Source: Pectinatus sp.
GTDB taxonomy: Bacteria > Bacillota > Negativicutes > Selenomonadales > Selenomonadaceae
Direction of reading: 5' to 3'
Assembly: GCA_020025075.1 (NCBI GenBank)
Contig: JAHHSR010000001.1
Coordinates: 43,011-107,010, forward strand
DNA length: 64,000 nucleotides
This document shows positions 57,376 to 64,000 of the stretch, in pieces. Made by a program: the position numbers and the translations under genes. The notes below the pieces were generated by a model. That model worked only from the letters and a program-made list of their open reading frames with translations, did no database searches and was not told the DNA's origin. Numbering within the stretch: position 1 is the stretch's first letter; each line of letters opens with the position of its first letter.

Positions 57376-58503
57376 ATGCAGAAAATGACCAAATCCGCTG
57401 AGACGGCTGCTTTTAGCCTCGATTCTATAAATGAATTGCTCGCCAAAGGCAAGAAAAAAGGTGGCGTCCTGACATATGGTGAGGTCATGGAGGTCTTGCA
57501 AAATGTCGATCTCAATCCAAACGAGATTGACGAGCTTTATGAAACCTTCAACAAAAAAGGCATCGATTTAATCGATGAAACCACAACGAATGACAAGCAG
57601 GTCTCGTCTTCTGGTGAAGCTTCTGATAATTCTTCAAAAGAAGAAGATCTTGACCTGAGCATCCCTGAAGGCATTAATATAGATGACCCTGTGCGCATGT
57701 ACCTGAAGGAGATTGGGCGCGTGCCCCTTTTGAGTGCCGATGAGGAAATACGCCTTGCCAAGCAAATGGAAAAAGGTGATTTGAGCGCACAAAAACGCTT
57801 AGCAGAAGCTAACTTGCGCCTTGTCGTGAGCATTGCTAAACGCTATGTGGGGCGTGGTATGCTCTTTTTGGACCTCATCCAAGAGGGGAATCTCGGCCTC
57901 ATTAAAGCCGTTGAAAAATTTGATTACAACAAGGGATATAAATTCAGTACCTACGCTACATGGTGGATTCGCCAAGCCATTACGCGCGCCATTGCCGACC
58001 AAGCACGCACAATCCGCATTCCCGTACACATGGTCGAAACGATAAATAAATTAATCCGCGTTTCTCGCCAGCTGCTCCAGACATTGGGAAGAGATCCCAC
58101 ACCGGAAGAAATTGCCAAAAAGATGGACGTCAGCGTTGAACGCGTGCGCGAGATTATGAAAATTGCGCAAGAACCCGTTTCTTTGGAAACGCCGATTGGT
58201 GAAGAGGAAGACTCTCATCTCGGTGATTTTATCGAAGACCACGATGCACCCGCGCCGGCAGAAGCAGCTTCTTTTGTTCTGCTAAAAGAGCAGCTTGAAG
58301 GCGTTTTAGGGACTTTGACGCCGCGCGAAGAAAGGGTCTTGCGACTGCGCTTTGGCCTTGATGACGGCCGGGCACGCACTTTAGAAGAAGTCGGACAAAG
58401 TTTCGGTGTCACACGCGAGCGCATTCGCCAGATTGAAGCCAAGGCCCTGCGCAAGCTGCGCCACCCAAGCCGCAGTAAAAAACTCAAGGATTTTCTTGAA
58501 TAA
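57376..58503 (+). CDS. rpoD: RNA polymerase primary sigma factor RpoD/SigA
   Basis: Region 2 ([37 protein letters not shown]) and region 4 ([20 protein letters not shown]). Confidence 0.96.
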   Translation: MQKMTKSAETAAFSLDSINELLAKGKKKGGVLTYGEVMEVLQNVDLNPNEIDELYETFNKKGIDLIDETTTNDKQVSSSGEASDNSSKEEDLDLSIPEGINIDDPVRMYLKEIGRVPLLSADEEIRLAKQMEKGDLSAQKRLAEANLRLVVSIAKRYVGRGMLFLDLIQEGNLGLIKAVEKFDYNKGYKFSTYATWWIRQAITRAIADQARTIRIPVHMVETINKLIRVSRQLLQTLGRDPTPEEIAKKMDVSVERVREIMKIAQEPVSLETPIGEEEDSHLGDFIEDHDAPAPAEAASFVLLKEQLEGVLGTLTPREERVLRLRFGLDDGRARTLEEVGQSFGVTRERIRQIEAKALRKLRHPSRSKKLKDFLE

Positions 58504-58511
58504 GGAGTCTT

Positions 58512-58994
58512 ATGTTGAAAATACTGGCACGCCAATTAGCTATCGATATGTATAGCTGCAACAAAAAATACATTGCTGCCCCCGAGCTTTCCGCTGAGGC
58601 TTTATCGGCAGCTTTAACGACGGCTGGCTTTACTGTCTGCAGCAATTATAAGCGTTTTTTCGAAGATGGGCATTTCGTGATTTTCATGCCCCTCGATGAA
58701 GGGCATTTATCGATTCAGATTTATCCAGAACTATCGTATGCCGCTGTTGACCTCTTCATCTGCGAGCCGGATAGCCTGCCCGAAAAGGCTATCCGAGCCT
58801 TGCGACGCGCTATAAAGCCAGAAGAAATAAAGATGACCTATCTGTGCCGCGGCGATTTCGGCACGATAACGGACATGAAGCCTCACATCAAGGTCAAAAT
58901 GACACCTTTAAAGCGCATAAAAAATACCAGCGTTAAGGTTATTCACCTTTTGCCAGGCAAAAACTTGATTCAAAAACTTCGCCGCAATAAGTAG
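58512..58994 (+). CDS. S-adenosylmethionine decarboxylase (SpeH/SpeD class 1)-fold protein lacking the self-processing residues
   Basis: Aligns by eye to class-1 AdoMetDC (LARQLAIDMYSCN..., ...DEGHLSIQIYPELSYAAVDLFICE against the remembered ...[24 protein letters not shown]). Ser is replaced by Gly at 58701-58703, and His by Gln at 58716-58718. Confidence 0.7.
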   Translation: MLKILARQLAIDMYSCNKKYIAAPELSAEALSAALTTAGFTVCSNYKRFFEDGHFVIFMPLDEGHLSIQIYPELSYAAVDLFICEPDSLPEKAIRALRRAIKPEEIKMTYLCRGDFGTITDMKPHIKVKMTPLKRIKNTSVKVIHLLPGKNLIQKLRRNK

Positions 58995-58995
58995 A

Positions 58996-59028
58996 AGCCA
59001 GCAGCTTAAAGCTGCTGGCTTTTTATTT
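58996..59028. terminator. Intrinsic terminator after the dnaG-rpoD operon (between convergent genes)
   Basis: AGCCAGCAGC-TTAAA-GCTGCTGGCT followed by TTTTATTTT. Overlaps the stop of the convergent FtsW/RodA gene. Confidence 0.7.
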
Positions 59029-60240
59029 TAAACGCCGCAAATGCGTTGGCTGCGATAAGGCAACCTGACTACTTTTCCTCTGCGCATTCTTTTCTTGACG
59101 AACATTGCTCTTGCCGATATTTACCAAAATACCGATATTAAACATATTCAATATCAGTGCCGTACCCCCATAGCTGATAAAAGGCAAGGGGACACCGACG
59201 ACTGGCACCATGCCAATGACCATGGCCATATTATACGTACCTTGGATAAAAAAAAGTGAAGTAATGCCAAAGCTGAGCAATCTCCCATAATTATCCTTTG
59301 TCCTAAATACAATACGCGAAGCATAAAAAAGGAGCATGCCATAGAGGAAAAAAACGAGCAAAACGCCGGGGATTCCTTCCTCCTGGCACCAAATAGCAAA
59401 GGCAAAATCCGTATGGGCTTCCGGCAAGTAGGCATACTTGCTCACGCCTTCGCCAAACCCCATCCCCAAAGGGCCGCCCGAGCCAATAGCAATAATAGAC
59501 TGCGTCGTCTGATAGCCATTGTTGCGCGAGCTACTCCAAGGGTCATACCAGCTCTTGACACGGTCGAGGCGGTAAGGCGCCGATACACATAGATAGACCA
59601 CAATCACTGCGATGGCGGCGCATATGCAAATGAATTGATTCCTAGCCAAAGTGGATTCCGTAAGGGAAACCCAATACATGCAAAAAGGAACAGCGCAGAT
59701 GAGCGCAGCCGTCCCCATATCCGGCTCCTTAAACACCAGTGCCGCGATGATGCCCATGCAAATGATGTTGACCCAATATTCGCGCCGCGTCTTATGAATG
59801 AGGAGTATTTCCTTTTTCGCATCAAGCGCGCGGCTTAAATATGAAGCCGTAAGCATGATAAGGGCAATTTTTGCCAATTCCGAAGGTTGAAACCGAAAAC
59901 CAAAAACCAGAGGTATCCAGCGCCGCGCTCCATTTACCTGCACGCCGACAAGACAGACAAGCACAAGGCTGATAATGACAATGAACGTGATAACCCACGA
60001 GCAATTTTCCCACTTTTTGTAATTGACACGGCAGGCGACTACATAAGCGAAAAATCCAACAATCATGCTGGCCACGTGCCTTCCTAAAAAGTGAAAAGAA
60101 TTTTGATTTGACATTTCTGAGATGATAAAGCTGGCACTAAAAATATTTATCGTGCCAATAATCATCAAGATGAGCATCGTCACGAATATCGCTTCAGGGT
60201 AACTTTTCCAAAATTTTTTCTTAACTGCTGACACTGCCAT
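59023..60240 (-). CDS. SEDS-family peptidoglycan glycosyltransferase (FtsW/RodA/SpoVE)
   Basis: 405 aa with 10 TM segments and SEDS motifs (RRWIPLVFGFRFQPSELAKI, PDMGTA, LPEAHTDFAFA, GVPLPFISYGGTA). I cannot separate RodA from FtsW. Confidence 0.9.
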   Translation of the reverse strand: MAVSAVKKKFWKSYPEAIFVTMLILMIIGTINIFSASFIISEMSNQNSFHFLGRHVASMIVGFFAYVVACRVNYKKWENCSWVITFIVIISLVLVCLVGVQVNGARRWIPLVFGFRFQPSELAKIALIMLTASYLSRALDAKKEILLIHKTRREYWVNIICMGIIAALVFKEPDMGTAALICAVPFCMYWVSLTESTLARNQFICICAAIAVIVVYLCVSAPYRLDRVKSWYDPWSSSRNNGYQTTQSIIAIGSGGPLGMGFGEGVSKYAYLPEAHTDFAFAIWCQEEGIPGVLLVFFLYGMLLFYASRIVFRTKDNYGRLLSFGITSLFFIQGTYNMAMVIGMVPVVGVPLPFISYGGTALILNMFNIGILVNIGKSNVRQEKNAQRKSSQVALSQPTHLRRLK

Positions 60241-60250
60241 GGCAATCCCT

Positions 60251-60901
60251 CTAAAAAATCACTTCGCAGCGATTTATTTTCTCCCCAAAGCCGCTGAACT
60301 TTTTCTCGTATTCCGTCATGATATTGTCTTCCATATACGAGCTGTTATGAAGGTCATATGTAAGAGCGCGCACCGTGCAGCCTGCCTCGGCAAACTGCGT
60401 GAGAGAAAAGTCAAACAGGGGGCGATTATCCGTCTTAAAAAACAGTTCCCCGCCGCTGCCGAGCAGTTTTTTATACTGTGCGAGGAAATTTACATGCGTC
60501 AAGCGCCTCTTGGCATGGCGCAATTTAGGCCACGGGTCGCAAAAATTGATGTAAAACCGCTTAGCCTCACCAAAAGCCAGCAAGTCCGCCAGATGATTGA
60601 TATCAAATACCGCTAGGCGCACATTTTTCAGTTCCAGCTCGCGCACTTTTTTGGCCGCATGGTAAATGACATCTTGCTGCAATTCAAGTCCTAAAAAATT
60701 AACATTGGGATGCAAAAGCGCATTTTGGCTGATAAAGCGCCCTTTACCCGTGCCAAGCTCAACGTAAATGGGGTTATCATTGCCAAAAATTTCCTGCCAA
60801 TGCCCTTTTAACTGCTGCGGGTCAAAGCTGTTTTTGGTGTAAACAAAATCCGAAAAATCCTTTATTGCCTTATCAATCCAAGGCCTTCTTCTCAAACGCA
60901 T
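60251..60901 (-). CDS. trmB: tRNA (guanine46-N7)-methyltransferase TrmB
   Basis: 216 aa with VELGTGKGRF, GLELQ and FCDPWPK motifs. Confidence 0.92.
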   Translation of the reverse strand: MRLRRRPWIDKAIKDFSDFVYTKNSFDPQQLKGHWQEIFGNDNPIYVELGTGKGRFISQNALLHPNVNFLGLELQQDVIYHAAKKVRELELKNVRLAVFDINHLADLLAFGEAKRFYINFCDPWPKLRHAKRRLTHVNFLAQYKKLLGSGGELFFKTDNRPLFDFSLTQFAEAGCTVRALTYDLHNSSYMEDNIMTEYEKKFSGFGEKINRCEVIF

Positions 60902-60943
60902 ATTCTTATGCTGCAGCCCTTGCTGCAGCCCTCCTTTTCTCTT

Positions 60944-61639
60944 TTATCGGGCAAGCTGTCCTTCTTGCCTGTTTTCAATCTGCCAATCAATCTTTTCCTG
61001 TCCCGTCTGCTCTAAAAACGCATTTATTTTAGAGAAAGGGCGACTGCCAAAAAAACCGCGCTGCGCCGAAAACGGGCTGGGATGAGCAGCTTCGATAATC
61101 AGATGCTGCGGACTTGTAATCATGCTCTTTTTTTGGCGTGCTGCATTGCCCCAAAGAACAAAGGCAATCGGCTTTTCGCGCTCATTGAGCGTTCTTATCA
61201 CCCGGTCCGTAAACTCCTCCCAGCCTATGCCACGATGTGAATTTGGCTGATGCTCGCGCACCGTAAGAACGGTATTTAGGAGCAAAACGCCTTGTTGAGC
61301 CCACTTCACCAGACAGCCATTATCCGGTATATAGCACCCCAAATCGTCGTGCAATTCCTTAAAGATGTTGACAAGAGATGGCGGCGTGCGCACTCCATAT
61401 TGAACGGAAAAACTCAGCCCATGTGCCTGTCCTGGCCCATGGTAAGGGTCTTGCCCTAAGATGACTACCTTGCATGAAGATAAACTTGTATAATGCAGAG
61501 CATTAAAGATATCGTACATATCAGGGTAAATTGTACGTGTCGCATATTCTTGCTTCAAAAACTCCCGCAGCCGCTTATAATAATCCTTTTGCAGCTCATC
61601 ATCGAGATAGTCTGCCCAATCATTTTTAAAAATTTTCAT
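60944..61639 (-). CDS. ung: Uracil-DNA glycosylase (family 1)
   Basis: [22 protein letters not shown] and HPSPFSA motifs. Confidence 0.95.
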   Translation of the reverse strand: MKIFKNDWADYLDDELQKDYYKRLREFLKQEYATRTIYPDMYDIFNALHYTSLSSCKVVILGQDPYHGPGQAHGLSFSVQYGVRTPPSLVNIFKELHDDLGCYIPDNGCLVKWAQQGVLLLNTVLTVREHQPNSHRGIGWEEFTDRVIRTLNEREKPIAFVLWGNAARQKKSMITSPQHLIIEAAHPSPFSAQRGFFGSRPFSKINAFLEQTGQEKIDWQIENRQEGQLAR

Positions 61640-61649
61640 AGCTGCCTCC

Positions 61650-63359
61650 CTAATTATTGCTGCCTAAATCACGTCGCGCATAAAGATTAAATCGCACATC
61701 GGTATAAATCTCGAATGTGCGCGGCCAAGGATAAAAAGCATTGACGCTCAAATCCCGCACATAAGCAAGATAGCGTCGCCCATCCGGCATATAAACAGGC
61801 AGCGGCGCAAAAGATGATTGAGAATAGGAAAATTCTTGCAAGTCGCCTGACAGTTCTTTTTCCAGCATCAAATTCGCCCAATTGTAGTTATTATCCATAT
61901 CAAGGTCATTGACATTATTTATGCCAGCTTTATTAAGCATCGTATTAATCGCATCAATTGTCCCTTTCAAGTAAAAATAATCTTCGATAAAATGCTGATA
62001 AAGTATGGTCAAATTGTCATAAGCAAGCTGCCATCGCTCTGCATCTGTATTGGTATGGCGCAAAGCAAGGCAGTATAAACTCGCCTGTGCAACGGACGTG
62101 CCTATGGAATTGCTCGCCGTATTCCAGCCGCTATAAGTGATAAGCTGGTTTAAGGGCACATGGCGGTCGCGCAAGATGGGAAAGAGCGTCTCGTAAGGGG
62201 CAAAATGCTCGCTCAAATCGACTACGGCAACGCGATAGCCTTTTTTCAGCCAAGCGTCAATGCGCTGTGCCCCCTTTTGGCGCAAGGAAAGATTTGCGGT
62301 ATCCCCTGCATGGATATAAAGAATAAAATCCGCCTCCTGCGGCACGAAGACGCGCCGCGCATTGGAAAGGGAAAGTTTTTCGCACACTGTCTGCTCTAAG
62401 GTAGCGGCCATATAGGGCATGATTTTTTCGGCAGAAGCCGCATCATCGTAAGCAACAAAAACGCGCGGCTGCCAATTATCTCGCAAAAGCTGCTGCTCAA
62501 GGCCAAAAAGCATCGTCATTGCAACCTCATCTGCACCATGCGTTATAAAAACACTCCTATTGCCAAGGCCTTTTGCCTGACAGTAGGCGCGCAAATGCCG
62601 CTTTTCAATATTGGGAATGCCGTATTTTTCCCCATCATCTTGCCCGATTACCAATTTCGTGATTACGCCCTTAAAGGCCAAATCGATGAGCATTTCATTG
62701 AGCTTCGTGTTTTGCCGATACAAGTTAAGATATTCTGTCAGGTCATGCGCCGGCAACTTTTCCCCCGTCTTTTCTAGGGCCGAAAAAGCCTCTTTTTGCC
62801 CTTGTGATGCCTTATCAGCAAGGCGCGAATATTCCATAAGGCCTTTTATAACTTTAGGGTCATCTATATCAGCTGGCGGCGTCAGGCGCGGCAAGATATT
62901 AAACACATAAATCGGCAAATCTGGTCTTTGCTCGCGCAACTTATAAAGCAATGACAAAAAGCCATCAAGCGCTGCACCGCGTCCGCAAGCCTTACGCGAG
63001 GCCAAAAGACCACCATAGAGCATCTGGTCAGCTGAAATGAGAACGGCATCAGCCTTTTTGCTATTTTCCAGCACCCATGCAGCTAGTTTAGCCGGCTTAC
63101 CAGGCTTAGTATAATAATCCAAAATATCAGCTGGCGGCGTAATTACCTTTAAGAAAACGAGCTTTCCCGCCTCGACAACAAATTTATTGCACGGCGGCCT
63201 GCTGTCAAGCGGGACGAGCAAAATTGTCTTTTTATACTGCTGCTCATGTGGCACAGGCTTGACACCATGCAAGACCATCTCCCGTTGCTGCCAGAATACG
63301 GCCACTATACAGATGATGATGATGTAAATAGCGCTGCGCCAAATTTTTTTCTTTTTCAA
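61650..63359 (-). CDS. Membrane-anchored protein of unknown function, DUF4127-like
   Basis: 569 aa with an N-terminal TM helix followed by [15 protein letters not shown], which resembles my memory of the DUF4127 N-terminal motif (PLDxRPxN). Family call is from memory only. Confidence 0.55.
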   Translation of the reverse strand: MKKKKIWRSAIYIIIICIVAVFWQQREMVLHGVKPVPHEQQYKKTILLVPLDSRPPCNKFVVEAGKLVFLKVITPPADILDYYTKPGKPAKLAAWVLENSKKADAVLISADQMLYGGLLASRKACGRGAALDGFLSLLYKLREQRPDLPIYVFNILPRLTPPADIDDPKVIKGLMEYSRLADKASQGQKEAFSALEKTGEKLPAHDLTEYLNLYRQNTKLNEMLIDLAFKGVITKLVIGQDDGEKYGIPNIEKRHLRAYCQAKGLGNRSVFITHGADEVAMTMLFGLEQQLLRDNWQPRVFVAYDDAASAEKIMPYMAATLEQTVCEKLSLSNARRVFVPQEADFILYIHAGDTANLSLRQKGAQRIDAWLKKGYRVAVVDLSEHFAPYETLFPILRDRHVPLNQLITYSGWNTASNSIGTSVAQASLYCLALRHTNTDAERWQLAYDNLTILYQHFIEDYFYLKGTIDAINTMLNKAGINNVNDLDMDNNYNWANLMLEKELSGDLQEFSYSQSSFAPLPVYMPDGRRYLAYVRDLSVNAFYPWPRTFEIYTDVRFNLYARRDLGSNN

Positions 63360-63510
63360 AATGCTTGTTCTTCCTAAATCTCTCTTTTTTAGGCTAATTC
63401 CCTTTCTATTATATATTTATTTTTAGGCACTATTCAAGTTAATTTGCTTTCTGATTATACAACATTATTTGATTATCACCAATCACTTAACGAAGGGGAA
63501 GCTATCACGC

Positions 63511-63539
63511 TTGCTAAATACAATGAACTACTATATAAT
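63511..63539 (+). promoter_or_regulatory. Candidate sigma-A promoter of zapA
   Basis: TTGCTA-17 nt-TATAAT, 90 nt upstream of the zapA ATG. Confidence 0.4.
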
Positions 63540-63629
63540 ATTTTTAGGAATTTTGCTTTTTTAGCAGTCTTTTATAAAGCTTTACAATCCTTTTGCTGAT
63601 TTTACCGCAATAACGTTTAAGGTGATATT

Positions 63630-63893
63630 ATGGAAAAGAAATTTTCAGTTGATATTTGCGGCGAAGAATATCCCATCAAGGGCGATATTGACCGCGACTA
63701 TATGACGATGCTGGCCGCTACTGTTGACGCCCGCATGCGCGATTTAATTAAAAAAAACCAATATCTGCCACCGCAAAAAGTAGGCGCCTTGACCGCCTTA
63801 TACTTTGCCGATGATTATTTCAAGCTGAAAAAGGACTACACTGACCTTTTAAACCTCATCAATGCTGTGGACAGCGATGGTAATGCCGAATAA
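63630..63893 (+). CDS. zapA: Cell division protein ZapA
   Basis: 87 aa, KFSVDICGEEYPIKGDIDRDYMTMLAATVDARMRDL, typical of the ZapA N-domain plus coiled coil. Confidence 0.85.
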   Translation: MEKKFSVDICGEEYPIKGDIDRDYMTMLAATVDARMRDLIKKNQYLPPQKVGALTALYFADDYFKLKKDYTDLLNLINAVDSDGNAE

Positions 63894-64000
63894 CTGCCTA
63901 GCGCAGCTTGCTTGCCACTTCTGAAAAGACTTTGAGCAATGCGCCCAAGGCACTGCTCCTTCATTTTGCTAGCTAAGCTGCAGGCTTTTTTCTTCTAGCT

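Noticed and set aside
1-64000. Searched by eye for tRNA, rRNA, tmRNA, CRISPR arrays, transposases, integrases, toxin-antitoxin pairs and defence systems.
   Set aside because: None were recognised. All gaps over 100 bp are accounted for by promoters, terminators or leaders, or by the group I intron. A covariance-model scan would be needed to exclude small RNAs.

Overview
This is a densely coding, mostly housekeeping chromosomal window of about 60 genes. I saw no rRNA, tRNA, CRISPR, transposase or phage genes. All calls come from reading the translations and the nucleotide sequence by eye; no database search was possible.

Gene content and operon layout suggest a diderm Firmicute (Negativicutes-like; this is inference). 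Firmicute-type operons (rimP-nusA-ylxR-ylxQ-infB-rbfA-nrnA-truB, thyX-rlmB-yacP, mfd-yabN-hup, glgC-glgD) sit alongside outer-membrane and LPS genes.

From left to right:
- A dcw segment, murD(partial)-mraY-murF-murE-ftsL-rsmH, on the minus strand, with no ftsI and no mraZ.
- Two unknown membrane proteins and a CYTH protein.
- A glycogen operon, glgC-glgD-glgP-glgB-glgA, followed by a 1131-aa GH13::GH77 fusion.
- An LptD-like outer membrane protein followed by an LPS core cluster: split hldE, two GT9, an LpxL-type acyltransferase, a Stealth-family protein, GT4, an inverted glycosyltransferase with sialyltransferase motifs, and two tandem GT8.
- The long nusA/infB operon.
- yacP/rae1 interrupted by an ORF-less group I intron of about 430 nt. 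This is the top finding. The P/Q/R/S core elements and the P1/P3/P4/P7 pairings are readable directly, and the predicted splice restores EVIY|TKAKETAD.
- rlmB, thyX, guaB, recX, recA, an SDR, hup, yabN/mazG, mfd, a ynbB-like gene, rpmB, an acyltransferase-3 and pepD.
- dnaG-rpoD followed by an AdoMetDC-fold protein that lacks the self-processing Ser and His.
- A rodA/ftsW-like gene, trmB, ung, a DUF4127-like gene and zapA.
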